Origin: a virus
Taxonomy: Duplodnaviria; Caudoviricetes
Direction: 5' to 3' (one strand)
Length of the DNA: 64,000 nt
IMG/VR virus record: IMGVR_UViG_2703719303_000002
Coordinates: 39,354-103,353 of that record
The notes below the pieces were generated by a model that worked only from the letters and a program-made list of their open reading frames with translations, was not told where the DNA came from and made no database searches. Both the position numbers and the translations under genes were made by a program. Below, one piece after another: positions 29,430 through 39,421 of this stretch (its first letter is position 1; the number at the start of each line of letters is the position of its first letter).

Positions 29430-31034
29430 GTGAAGCTTGTGAATATAAATGGATTAGAAATAGATGATAAATTTGCACAGCATAAAGATGAAGATGATTT
29501 TATTTATAAGCTTCGTCTTAATAGTGCTAAATTAGATAAAGAAATTGATGTTGATTGGGAAGATATAGTTGAATTTCTGGATTTAAGCATATCAGGAACA
29601 CATTTGAGAAAACTTAGTTATGGCTGGAGAGAAGTTTTAGAATACTTCCAACTTAAAGGTGAAGATGGATGGAGCCAATTCAAAAAGTTTTTGCTAGATT
29701 TACCTGATAAAAATAGACAATTTAAAGAATTTAAAGGTGAGGAAAATGTTTCAAGTAATTCTAAAACACTTGAAACATTATGTGGATATTCTAGTTGTTT
29801 ATCTAATCCAGAGGACAAAATTCAAGTGTTTGATAATGGCACAAAATTAACTTTTAATGATGGCAAGAGAGAAGTTAAAATTTCTAAAGATAAAGTTAAG
29901 AAAATCAAAGAGTTATATTGTGATGATAATCCTTTGAATATAAATGAGGTTTGCAGAAAACTGAATATTCCTAGAAGAGATTTTAATATGGTGAAGACTG
30001 GGTTAAATATAGTACATAATGATGTGCCATATTTGGATCAGGATATTACAGATAATAATATAGACAGTCTTGTTGATACGACTTTAGAAAGAAGAAAAGA
30101 AAAGTATTTCATTAAATTGCAGCAACAAGAAATTAGAAAGATGAAACAAGAGTTGGGATACTACAGAAGAGAAGATTATATTTTTAATAATGTAGTTAAA
30201 AGACTTAATAGTATAGTCATAACACCTAATAAATATAATGCTAAAATAAAGAAAATTGGCAAGCATAGAGAAGCTTTAATTGATTTAATGGATTTACATT
30301 TAGGAATAAAAATTAATAACTACTGGAATAAATATTCTGTTGATGAAGCAAAAAAGAGAGCAGAATTTTTAACCAGACAGGTGATACAAAGGTGTGCCGA
30401 AGCAGGAGCGAATGTATTACACTTAAGCTGTTTAGGCGATTTTATTAGTGGACTTATTCATCAAAGTTTACACTTGCAACAAGAAATAGATGTTGCGCAA
30501 CAAGTTGAAGTGGTAGCAGAGATATTAGAAAAAATGATTGCTGAATTTGCTGATTCTAATGTTTTTGATAAAGTTGTTGTAGCATCTGTAGTTGGGAATC
30601 ATGGTCGAATGATTCCCCAAAAAGATTCTTCTATAGATAGAGAAAATTTCGAATATCTTATTTATTGGGGTATTAAAAAAGGTTTAAAGAATTTAAAGAA
30701 TGTTATTTTTGAAGATAATTTTTATGATGATGGAATTATAGTTAAAGAAATTTGTGGAGTTACAATTTTTGAGTGCCATGGTCATAATGGACAAGTAAAT
30801 AGAATCGCTGGAGATTTAAGTATGATGATTAAAAAGCCAGATGAAATTCATTTGGGGCATTTTCATCAAAATAAAAGTTTTGAAAATATTTGCGTTGAGA
30901 TATTTATTGGTAGGTCTTTCTCTGGCACAGATGAATATGCTAAAGACAAAAACTTATTTAGCAAAGCTGGACAAAGACTATTCCTTTATGAGGATGGCAA
31001 AAGACTAAGTATTCAAGATATTGTTTTTAATTAA
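29430..31034 (+). CDS. YonJ-like calcineurin-like metallophosphoesterase
   Basis: DLHLG, LGD, GNHGR, HGH, GHFH motifs; syntenic. Confidence 0.85.
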   Translation: MKLVNINGLEIDDKFAQHKDEDDFIYKLRLNSAKLDKEIDVDWEDIVEFLDLSISGTHLRKLSYGWREVLEYFQLKGEDGWSQFKKFLLDLPDKNRQFKEFKGEENVSSNSKTLETLCGYSSCLSNPEDKIQVFDNGTKLTFNDGKREVKISKDKVKKIKELYCDDNPLNINEVCRKLNIPRRDFNMVKTGLNIVHNDVPYLDQDITDNNIDSLVDTTLERRKEKYFIKLQQQEIRKMKQELGYYRREDYIFNNVVKRLNSIVITPNKYNAKIKKIGKHREALIDLMDLHLGIKINNYWNKYSVDEAKKRAEFLTRQVIQRCAEAGANVLHLSCLGDFISGLIHQSLHLQQEIDVAQQVEVVAEILEKMIAEFADSNVFDKVVVASVVGNHGRMIPQKDSSIDRENFEYLIYWGIKKGLKNLKNVIFEDNFYDDGIIVKEICGVTIFECHGHNGQVNRIAGDLSMMIKKPDEIHLGHFHQNKSFENICVEIFIGRSFSGTDEYAKDKNLFSKAGQRLFLYEDGKRLSIQDIVFN

Positions 31035-31040
31035 AAATAT

Positions 31041-31070
31041 ATGGGAAGTTTAATTCTTCCCTATTTTTTT
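31041..31070 (+). terminator. Intrinsic terminator
   Basis: GGGAAG/CTTCCC stem plus T-run. Confidence 0.65.
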
Positions 31071-31082
31071 ATTATATTATAT

Positions 31083-31166
31083 GAGAAGATATTCATGTAT
31101 GGAACATGGGCAGATTGTAAATCTGTCGCAAAAGCATTGTAATTTCAATTCTTACCCTTCTCATCA
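31083..31166 (+). tRNA. Degenerate tRNA-Tyr(GTA), probable pseudo-tRNA
   Basis: Acceptor GAGAAG/CTTCTC, anticodon arm GCAGA-TTGTAAA-TCTGT, long variable arm, T arm GTAAT-TTCAATT-CTTAC (one mismatch), discriminator A followed by TCA. Confidence 0.7.
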
Positions 31167-31191
31167 AAAAATGTATAGAAAAGGTGATGTT

Positions 31192-32058
31192 GTGGCAGTT
31201 TTTACCGAATGTATAAAATGTAACAAAAGACAAAAACTATCATCTTTTTATGTAAATAAATTAAATAAAACAAATGAAGGACATGATTTTTGGTGTAAAA
31301 AATGTGTGTCAAGCTTTGTAAAAGACAAAAATAGCTTAATTGAATATTGCAAGAAAAATAGAAGACTATTTAAAGAAGATCTTTGGAGTACTCAAAGTGA
31401 AAAAATCAAAAATAAATATAAAAATAATTTAGAATTCGAAAATCTTTCTGCTAAACAACAGAAAGATTTTTTATTGAACAAAACAATAAAGGGCTATTTT
31501 GGTTCAATGAATAGAGTAAATTATTACTCTTATGATCAAGGTCAAGATAAAGAATTATTAAAAAAAGATATAGTTATAAATAGATCTATTAGTGAAAATG
31601 TAAAAGAAAAAGATAAAAAGCCTAAGAAAATATATTCACAAAAATGGATAGGAACATACACTCAAGAACAATTGGATTACTTAAATGATTATTACGAGGA
31701 TTGTTTAAAAGACTTTAATATTGTTACCAGAAACCATAAAGATTACGCAAGAAAAATTGCTAAAGCAAGTTTAGTCATGGATGAATCTTATAATGACATG
31801 ATGAATGGTATTAGTGGAGCAGATAAAAGGTATAAAGAAGCAAAAGCTATTTTTGATAGTTTAAGTACATCTGCAAAATTCTCAGAAAAAACCAGAAGCA
31901 TAAATGATTCTGCTGGTTTTGATAATTTAGGAGAAATTATTCTTAATTTAGAGCAAAATGGATATTTGGCAAAGAAAATTATATTTGATGATCCAGATGA
32001 TGTTGACAAAATTTCAGCAGACTTTAGGTGGACACTAAATAGCATTGGTGATGGATAA
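31192..32058 (+). CDS. YonG-like Zn-finger protein, probable terminase small subunit
   Basis: CxxC...CxxC; AAGGTG RBS before GTG 31192; directly before TerL. Confidence 0.7.
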   Translation: MAVFTECIKCNKRQKLSSFYVNKLNKTNEGHDFWCKKCVSSFVKDKNSLIEYCKKNRRLFKEDLWSTQSEKIKNKYKNNLEFENLSAKQQKDFLLNKTIKGYFGSMNRVNYYSYDQGQDKELLKKDIVINRSISENVKEKDKKPKKIYSQKWIGTYTQEQLDYLNDYYEDCLKDFNIVTRNHKDYARKIAKASLVMDESYNDMMNGISGADKRYKEAKAIFDSLSTSAKFSEKTRSINDSAGFDNLGEIILNLEQNGYLAKKIIFDDPDDVDKISADFRWTLNSIGDG

Positions 32059-33828
32059 ATGAAAAATTTTTCTCAAAAAATATACAAAGAAAACAAAGGG
32101 GTATATAAAGATCCTTCTGCTGCTGAAAGTAATAAAATTGTTAAAGAAAACACTGTAGAAAACCCAAAAGAATGGGAAAAGCAGGTTTGGTGGTGGAGAC
32201 AATATTTGGATATTTTCATAGAAAATTATTTTTCTACAGAGAAATCTCCTGTAAGGTTTTATGATTTTCAAAAAGTTATAGTAAGAGAATGTGGAAATTG
32301 CTCCATAGTTCGAGATACAGAAGCTCGTTCTATGGGAAAAACTTTCAAAATGTCAAGAGTATTAGCAGGGCTAGCAATTTTATATCCTCAAAATAAAATA
32401 CTAATTGTTTCTAATACAGTTAGACAAGCTATTTTAACTGTAAAATATATTAACGACTTAGGTGAAGAAAATGCCAATTTTGCTAGAGAAATAATACAAC
32501 CTATTAAAATAAGCAAAGATGGAGCTAAAGTAAAATTTAAAAATGGCTCAGAAATTGAAGCAATGGCTATGAACAAAGATGGCAGTAATATAAGAGGAGA
32601 AAGAAGGAAGATAATCTATATAGATGAATCAGCTTGGGTTATGAGTAGCGTTATACAGTCTGTTTTAATTCCAATGCTTCGATATAATAGAAAAGTTGTT
32701 GAAAATAATAGATTAAAAGGACTTGCTTTTGAAGATTTTTCTTCAAAATTAATAGAAACAAGTTCAGCGTATCTAAAGAGTTGTGACTATTATCAACGAT
32801 TTAAAGAAACCATACAAGATATTAGAGATGGGTACAAAGATCGTTTTTGTTGTGCTCTGTCGTATAAAACCGCTGTAAGATGTGGCATAGTTGAAGAAGA
32901 TTTTGTTTTAGAACAGAAAAAGAAAATGCCATTATCTGTTTGGGAAATGGAATGGAACTCTAAATTTGTAGGAGAAACTGAAGGTTCATATTTCCCTTAT
33001 GATTTAACAGAACCATGTAGAGATTTTTCCCATGTAGAAATACAACAACCTAAGAACTCTATGTCTAGGTATGTTTTATCTCTTGATGTAGCAACATCAG
33101 AAGATAAAAAAGCAGATAACGCTTGTATTACTGTTATAAAAATAGTTCCTAAAAATGATGGAACTTATGAAAAATATATTGTTTTCATAAGAACTTATCA
33201 TGGCTATAGTTTGGAAATGCTTGCAGAGCAAGTTAGGATAACTTGTTGTAGGTTCCCAAATATCATAAAAGTAATTATAGATGCTAATGCAATTGGTGAA
33301 GGTGTAGTATCCCTATTAAATATACCTTACGTTGATGATTTAGGACGAGAATATCCTCCTTTAATAAAAGATACTATCGAAGTTTCAGATTCACGAAAGG
33401 CTATAAATATTATTAGTGCTATAAAAGCAGATAATAAGAAAAATGAAAATATGGCAGTTCACACTTTATTATTTTTAGAAAATCATTCTCTTCATATACC
33501 AATACCTTCTGTAAAAATCAGAAGACAGATTGAAGAACAAAAAATAATAATAAAAGATGATACTGGAACAAAAAGAAAGATATCAAAAGAAGAAGTAGGC
33601 GTTTATATAGAAGCTGATGGGTTACAAATGGAAATGGGGAATATTGTTAGAATTAGAACCGCAGCAGGAAATTATTTATATGATGTAAAAAAGAGCACTC
33701 AGCATAAGGATAGATACTCTTCTCTTGCTATGGCTTTAGATTTTATTTTTAGTTTAGAAGATAAAAACAGAGGAGATGCTACAGAGAATAGCGGAGATAA
33801 CTGTTGGGGTAGAAGTATGAATTTTTAG
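32059..33828 (+). CDS. Terminase large subunit (YonF-like)
   Basis: ARSMGKT Walker A, IIYIDES Walker B, SLDVA nuclease Asp, HKDRYSSL. Confidence 0.92.
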   Translation: MKNFSQKIYKENKGVYKDPSAAESNKIVKENTVENPKEWEKQVWWWRQYLDIFIENYFSTEKSPVRFYDFQKVIVRECGNCSIVRDTEARSMGKTFKMSRVLAGLAILYPQNKILIVSNTVRQAILTVKYINDLGEENANFAREIIQPIKISKDGAKVKFKNGSEIEAMAMNKDGSNIRGERRKIIYIDESAWVMSSVIQSVLIPMLRYNRKVVENNRLKGLAFEDFSSKLIETSSAYLKSCDYYQRFKETIQDIRDGYKDRFCCALSYKTAVRCGIVEEDFVLEQKKKMPLSVWEMEWNSKFVGETEGSYFPYDLTEPCRDFSHVEIQQPKNSMSRYVLSLDVATSEDKKADNACITVIKIVPKNDGTYEKYIVFIRTYHGYSLEMLAEQVRITCCRFPNIIKVIIDANAIGEGVVSLLNIPYVDDLGREYPPLIKDTIEVSDSRKAINIISAIKADNKKNENMAVHTLLFLENHSLHIPIPSVKIRRQIEEQKIIIKDDTGTKRKISKEEVGVYIEADGLQMEMGNIVRIRTAAGNYLYDVKKSTQHKDRYSSLAMALDFIFSLEDKNRGDATENSGDNCWGRSMNF

Positions 33829-33844
33829 TAAAGGAGGAGTAAAA

Positions 33845-35338
33845 ATAGGTAAAAGAAAAACATCTAAAAACAATATAAGTAATAATTTTTGTTTTGGAGC
33901 AAGTCTAGCCGAAGACGACATTGAAAACATTAGGACATATGAAAATAGTACATTTTCTTATAGAGGAATCCCAAGAGGTTATTCTATAGATACTCTTTTG
34001 CTAAATCAAGAAAGCAACATAAAACAATTGTTTGAGTTATGCACATATTATTATGCAAAAGAACCCCTCTTAGCCAACTCGGTAAAAAATGTACTTGTAC
34101 CTTTTAGTATGAGTAGCTGGAAACTAGAAGGAGAAGATGGGGAAATAAAAGACCAGATGCTTGATTATTTAGATAGTATATCAATAGACGATTTATTGAG
34201 AGATTTGTTTCATGATTTCTATGTATATCAAAATCTTTTTGGATATATAAAAGAAAATGGTACTCCAGAACTTTTTGCTCCTTGGAGAATAAAGGTATCT
34301 TCTATCGCAGAAAACGGAAATCCTGTTTTGGAATTTAGCATAACAGAGATACTTAATAAGCCATATTCTATTACAAATCAAGAGTTTATAGACACTATTT
34401 CTAAAGCTTATGATGGTTACCCAATAGAAGTTGTTAATGCAATAAAAGGCAAAAATTGGTCAAACTCTGGTACTGGATGGATTCAATTAAATCCAAAGCA
34501 TACTTTTTGTATACAAGCTGTAAAAAGTAGATGGAGCAAATATGCAACTCCTGTTATTTGCTCTGCCTTAGAAGCTTTAGGTAAAAAACAGCTTATAAGT
34601 ATATATGAAGATAGTCAATTAAATAATGGAATGAAATCTTTTCTTCAAGTAAATGTTGGAGATAAAGACCATAAGAAAACTATAAATATAAATGATATTG
34701 AACAAGTTGGGAAAATATACAAAGATGCAATTAATGGTTATCCTCTTGCTGTTGTATCTTGGAATGTAGACTCTCAATGGAAAAATATGGATACAAAAAG
34801 TCTGTTTGATAAAAATAAATATCAAACTGTAAATGAATCCATTCTTAGTTCTATTGGTATATCTGCTATAGTTGTTACGGGAAATGGTGGAAGTGGTTCT
34901 TTTGCTCAGGCAAGTATAAATCTTAGTACTTTAGCGAAAAGGATAAAAGATGGTCAAAACAAAATTGCAAAATTTATAAATTTACTTTTAAAAAGAAAAT
35001 TTTCAGGAAGAAGTAGTACTTCGGATGGAATTCCTTCCTTTAAATTTGAATCCCTAAATTTACAATCGGAAAAAGATTTTAGAAGTGAAGTTATGCAGCT
35101 TTATACTTTTGGATTATTAAGTAGAGAAACGACCTTATCTGAATTAAAATTCGATTTTAAGCAAGAAAAGAAAAGAAGAGAAAGTGAAAATAGTGAAAAT
35201 TTAGATATTGTTTTCTCTGTTCCACCATCATTTAATCATCAAAGTTCAAATAGTAGTGGAAGACATGAAGAAGAAAATTCAGATAAAGATAAAAGTTTAT
35301 CTGGTAAGCAGCCAAAGCCTAGCACAGTATCGAATTAA
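33845..35338 (+). CDS. Portal protein (YonE-like); apparent ATA start
   Basis: Follows TerL; frame open from ATA 33845 after AAGGAGG; TTG 33998 has no RBS. Confidence 0.82.
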   Translation: MGKRKTSKNNISNNFCFGASLAEDDIENIRTYENSTFSYRGIPRGYSIDTLLLNQESNIKQLFELCTYYYAKEPLLANSVKNVLVPFSMSSWKLEGEDGEIKDQMLDYLDSISIDDLLRDLFHDFYVYQNLFGYIKENGTPELFAPWRIKVSSIAENGNPVLEFSITEILNKPYSITNQEFIDTISKAYDGYPIEVVNAIKGKNWSNSGTGWIQLNPKHTFCIQAVKSRWSKYATPVICSALEALGKKQLISIYEDSQLNNGMKSFLQVNVGDKDHKKTININDIEQVGKIYKDAINGYPLAVVSWNVDSQWKNMDTKSLFDKNKYQTVNESILSSIGISAIVVTGNGGSGSFAQASINLSTLAKRIKDGQNKIAKFINLLLKRKFSGRSSTSDGIPSFKFESLNLQSEKDFRSEVMQLYTFGLLSRETTLSELKFDFKQEKKRRESENSENLDIVFSVPPSFNHQSSNSSGRHEEENSDKDKSLSGKQPKPSTVSN

Positions 35339-35411
35339 AATTTCGTTAATAGTAAAATTATATAAAATGGCTTTTTTATTTTTAAAAACTATATAGTAAG
35401 AAGGTGAAATT

Positions 35412-36878
35412 TTGCCTGAAAAATTTAAATGCAAAAGCAAAAGAATTATTTCAATTGCAGAGAAACAAGTTGGTTCAGATCTTTTTCTTATTATAGATTT
35501 TCTACTAAATGACACTAATACCAATTTAAATGGTGTAAGATATTCAAAAGAATTTTTACAAGAGATAGTTGATAACCAAGAAGAATATGTAGGACTTCCC
35601 CTTAAGGTTGATTTGAATAATTTAGTAAGTGGTAATACTGAAAATCTTACCCACAATTATTCTCCAATAACAAATAAGTTTTATAATCAGATGATAGGTT
35701 CATTTGTTAAATTTTATAGTACTAAAAGTGATGATGATATATATGAGCTAGCTGGTCAGGTAAGAATACCAAAAGAATTTAAAGATGCTTGCGACATTAT
35801 ACAACAACTATATGAAGATGAAGCTCTTTTTGTAAGTTACGAAATTCTCGTTGGGAAATATACAGAAGAAAATAATGGAGAAATTAAATTTGTTGATGTT
35901 GACGAGTCAAATAAATTGAGTGGTTATTCAATTGTTAGTACTCCTGCCGTTGTATCTGCAAAAGCCACAAAATTAGTTGCGGAATTATTAAATATTAAGG
36001 AAAGTGAGAATGAAATGGTAAAAAAAATTAACCCTTTAGAGTGGGAAGAGAAAATACTTGCAGAACTAAAAAAGTCTTATAGAAGAACAGAGATTGCAGA
36101 ATTAAACTATAATCAAGTAATGCTGAGTTTAAGAAGCCAATTAAAAGATAATTTAGGTGATTGCTATTGGAATTTTTATATTTTCTCAAATGGTGTAGAT
36201 TTTCTTGTAATGGAGAATTATGATGATGGTTCTTTAGTAAGAATTGATTTTACTGTTGATGGAGATAATGTTGTAATTTTAAATGTCTATCCAGTAACTA
36301 TAAAATATGACTCTATTGAAAATGAGGAGGAAAACGAAATGGCAGAAAAAAAGAAAAATCCTAAAAAGAAGTTAAATGATACAAAAGAAACTGATTCGGA
36401 TTCAAAAAAAGATAAAGCAGATGATGAGGGAGATGATGAAATGTCTAGTGCGGAAATAGCTGCAAAATTAGAGTTAGAAAAAGTTAAAAGACAAGATGCA
36501 GAAAAAAAATTGGAGCAAGCCAATAAAAAAATAAGTACTTTATCAGCTTCAGTTTTGGAAAAAGATAAAAAATTAAAAGATATGGAAGAGCTAAAAGCAG
36601 AAAATGAAACTTTAAAAAAAGATAAAGCAGAAAAAGAGTTAGCTGAGAAGAAGATAGCTTTAAAAGCAAAATATGAGAAAATACTTTCAGAAGATACTAT
36701 GAAAAAGTCAGAAGTTGCAGAAGCTTTAGAGAAAGGTAACGAAGATACTCTCCAAAAAATAGTTGTAGCAGAAGCTTTAGCTTCTTCAGAGAATATCGAA
36801 AGACAACCACTAGGAACTCGTATTACAGATAATGCATCCATAAGTGACAATTATATGGTAAGTTTTTTTGGCAAGTAG
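35412..36878 (+). CDS. Prohead protease/scaffold (YonD-like)
   Basis: NLNG, VSYEI, IVSTPA protease-like N-terminus; coiled-coil C-terminus. Confidence 0.78.
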   Translation: MPEKFKCKSKRIISIAEKQVGSDLFLIIDFLLNDTNTNLNGVRYSKEFLQEIVDNQEEYVGLPLKVDLNNLVSGNTENLTHNYSPITNKFYNQMIGSFVKFYSTKSDDDIYELAGQVRIPKEFKDACDIIQQLYEDEALFVSYEILVGKYTEENNGEIKFVDVDESNKLSGYSIVSTPAVVSAKATKLVAELLNIKESENEMVKKINPLEWEEKILAELKKSYRRTEIAELNYNQVMLSLRSQLKDNLGDCYWNFYIFSNGVDFLVMENYDDGSLVRIDFTVDGDNVVILNVYPVTIKYDSIENEEENEMAEKKKNPKKKLNDTKETDSDSKKDKADDEGDDEMSSAEIAAKLELEKVKRQDAEKKLEQANKKISTLSASVLEKDKKLKDMEELKAENETLKKDKAEKELAEKKIALKAKYEKILSEDTMKKSEVAEALEKGNEDTLQKIVVAEALASSENIERQPLGTRITDNASISDNYMVSFFGK

Positions 36879-36925
36879 CATCTTATAACAATTAGTATAT
36901 GAAAAATATTAGGAGGATTTTTAAT

Positions 36926-37369
36926 ATGGCAGGAATGGTTACTATGGGCAACCACAATTATTTAGGTACAATAGAATTAGATAGTAGTGTTAAAGATGGT
37001 GTAGAAAATGGTTCTTTTGTTTGTGTTAACTTTGCAGATAAAACAGCAAAACCATGTACTTCTAATACCCAATCAGCATGGTTTGTTGAAAATTTAAATG
37101 ATAAAACAGATGAAGAACTTATAAATAAAACCGATCATGATTTAACAATAAATGCAGGTGAGAAACTTAGATTGCATAAACTTTTACCTGATGAGCATTT
37201 CCAAACAACAAAAGCGGTTGATGGAGATTCCCTAAAGGAAGGAGACGTTGTAGATGTAGGTACAACTGGTTTAATTACTAAAACATCTGGTACACCAGCT
37301 CAAACATTTACAATAGATTCTATAGAAACAATATGGGGTGAAAAAACTTTTTGTTGTATAGCAAATTAA
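36926..37369 (+). CDS. Head decoration/cement protein
   Basis: Between scaffold and capsid; VENGSFV; AGGAGG RBS. Confidence 0.65.
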   Translation: MAGMVTMGNHNYLGTIELDSSVKDGVENGSFVCVNFADKTAKPCTSNTQSAWFVENLNDKTDEELINKTDHDLTINAGEKLRLHKLLPDEHFQTTKAVDGDSLKEGDVVDVGTTGLITKTSGTPAQTFTIDSIETIWGEKTFCCIAN

Positions 37370-37411
37370 TTTTTCAGCTTATAGCAATTAGCATATAAAG
37401 GAGAAATGATT

Positions 37412-38431
37412 ATGTCAGAAAGAAAAGTTACTCGACATGGAGATGCAGTTAGAATATTTTCTGCTGCGGCAAAAGGAAAATTAAAAAATAGAGTGGAATT
37501 AGAAAATGCAAACAGAATAATGAATAAACTTGCAATGAATCCTACTCCTCAAAATAGGTATATGATTGCCCAAATTGTACAATATTCTGTGGAAAATGTA
37601 GTTGATGAGGAAACTCAATTTTTAAATCTTATAGCTGATACAAAATTAGATTTAGAGCCTAATGAAAAAGCAGAATTCAAAGTGAAATTAAGAGGAGTTA
37701 GAGCTTTTTATTGTGCAAAAGGCAGTACAGTAGAAAGAAGCACAATTTCTCACAAAAATGTACTTCTTGATACCGAAGCTGTTACCGCAATACCAACTAT
37801 ATCAGATATAGATATGAGAAGTGGTAGAGTGAATTTTCAGGAAGTGGTTCAGGATGCAGCTATCGAGATGAACAATAGAATGGTTACTAGAGTTCAAAGT
37901 GTTTTACAAAAGGGTATTAGTACATTGTCTAATCCAAATTATGCAACAGGAACAGGATTAGTAAAGGCTACATTAGATGCTCAAATAAGAGCTTTTCAAA
38001 GACTTGGTATGCCTGTGTCTTTAGTTGGTGATATAGAAGTTGTTTCAAAACTAGGGGAATTAACTGGTTTTGTTACTGCAAATTCTAATGGAGTAACACA
38101 GCAATTTGATCCAATGCTTATAAATGAGCAAAATAAAAATGGTTTTATAGGAACTTATAATAATTGTAATGTCATACAGCTTACAAACCCATTTTCATCA
38201 GGATCATTTAGTAATACTATTTTAGATAAGAGCCTTTTATATATTGTCCCAACAGGTCAAAACGATAAAAGATCCCTAAAAGTAGCAAAAGAAAAAGCAA
38301 TTCCAACTATAGATGATCTCCACTTAGAAGATAGATCCTACGAGATGAGAATGGATGCTGTTTTTGGTGCTGGGTTAGTATTTGGAGATAAATGCTATAT
38401 AGGAGCGTATAAAGATCTTTCTATTTCTTAA
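37412..38431 (+). CDS. Major capsid protein
   Basis: About 340 aa, position, followed by a strong terminator. Confidence 0.8.
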   Translation: MSERKVTRHGDAVRIFSAAAKGKLKNRVELENANRIMNKLAMNPTPQNRYMIAQIVQYSVENVVDEETQFLNLIADTKLDLEPNEKAEFKVKLRGVRAFYCAKGSTVERSTISHKNVLLDTEAVTAIPTISDIDMRSGRVNFQEVVQDAAIEMNNRMVTRVQSVLQKGISTLSNPNYATGTGLVKATLDAQIRAFQRLGMPVSLVGDIEVVSKLGELTGFVTANSNGVTQQFDPMLINEQNKNGFIGTYNNCNVIQLTNPFSSGSFSNTILDKSLLYIVPTGQNDKRSLKVAKEKAIPTIDDLHLEDRSYEMRMDAVFGAGLVFGDKCYIGAYKDLSIS

Positions 38432-38433
38432 TC

Positions 38434-38470
38434 TAAGTAGAGAATTTTTTTAATTCTCTACTTATTATTT
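38434..38470 (+). terminator. Terminator after the capsid gene
   Basis: TAAGTAGAGAATT/AATTCTCTACTTA stem. Confidence 0.75.
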
Positions 38471-38492
38471 GTATAAAGAAGGAGTTAATATA

Positions 38493-38963
38493 ATGGCGAA
38501 TACTGAAAAAAAAATAAAAGTAAAAAATTCCACAAAGCATGATGTTGGAATTAAGTTTTTAGATGGAATTAGAAGTATGAATATAAAACCTAATGTAGTT
38601 GTCTCTCTAAAGGAAGAAGATCTCGATTATCTTAATGCTGTATCAACTATATTTTTAGGCAAAAGTTTAGAAATTTTAGATAAAGATAAAAAAAATGAGA
38701 TCTTTGGAGATAATACAAACCAGAAAATGTCTCTATCTCCAGTAGAAATAAAAAAGATATTTGATATGTCTCTTACTGATATGAAAAAAGAATTAGATAA
38801 TATTACAGAAGATGAATTAAAGTTTACTATATGGGATACAGCAAAAGAAGTTGTAGAAAATTTAACTGCTAGTAAAATAAAATATTTGTCAACTTTCTGT
38901 AACAGAGATGTTGAGGAATTAAATATTTCATCTAAAAATAATTCTGCTAAAGAAGAGAAATAA
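38493..38963 (+). CDS. Head-associated hypothetical protein (YonA position)
   Basis: AAGGAG RBS; synteny. Confidence 0.75.
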   Translation: MANTEKKIKVKNSTKHDVGIKFLDGIRSMNIKPNVVVSLKEEDLDYLNAVSTIFLGKSLEILDKDKKNEIFGDNTNQKMSLSPVEIKKIFDMSLTDMKKELDNITEDELKFTIWDTAKEVVENLTASKIKYLSTFCNRDVEELNISSKNNSAKEEK

Positions 38964-38976
38964 AGGAGGTAGTGTT

Positions 38977-39417
38977 TTGCCTTCCTTAGAGTATTTAAAA
39001 CAAGATTTAGAAGAAGAATTAAAACCTTTTGTAAAAGAAATGAATATATTTTTACAGAATATAGATTATTGGCATTATCTAAAAAATGGGCTTAAAAGAT
39101 TATATGTAGATAAAGGTATTGGAGATAGGTTTAAAGTAGAGTGTAAAGAGATAAAAAATATAAATTCAGAAGAAATTATTGATATAAAAATTTCTAGAGA
39201 TATAAATTTAACTGAAGAAGAATACATAAAAATCTCTTCAGAACTTAACTTTTTTAAGTGTGCAAGGAGTAATTACATTGACATTGTTAGTTATACAACA
39301 GATGCTTTGTCGATAACTAATGCAGATAAACCATATAAAAATTTAAATGAAATCATAAAAGAATTAGAAAATAGACTATTAGATATAGGTTTTTCTTTTA
39401 GCTTATCAAAAACATAA
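38977..39417 (+). CDS. Putative head-tail adaptor
   Basis: AGGAGGT RBS; position. Confidence 0.65.
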   Translation: MPSLEYLKQDLEEELKPFVKEMNIFLQNIDYWHYLKNGLKRLYVDKGIGDRFKVECKEIKNINSEEIIDIKISRDINLTEEEYIKISSELNFFKCARSNYIDIVSYTTDALSITNADKPYKNLNEIIKELENRLLDIGFSFSLSKT

Positions 39418-39421
39418 GAAG

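Noticed and set aside
31081-31191. N-terminal extension of the 325-aa ORF
   Set aside because: Overlaps the tRNA-like cloverleaf; the RBS supports GTG 31192
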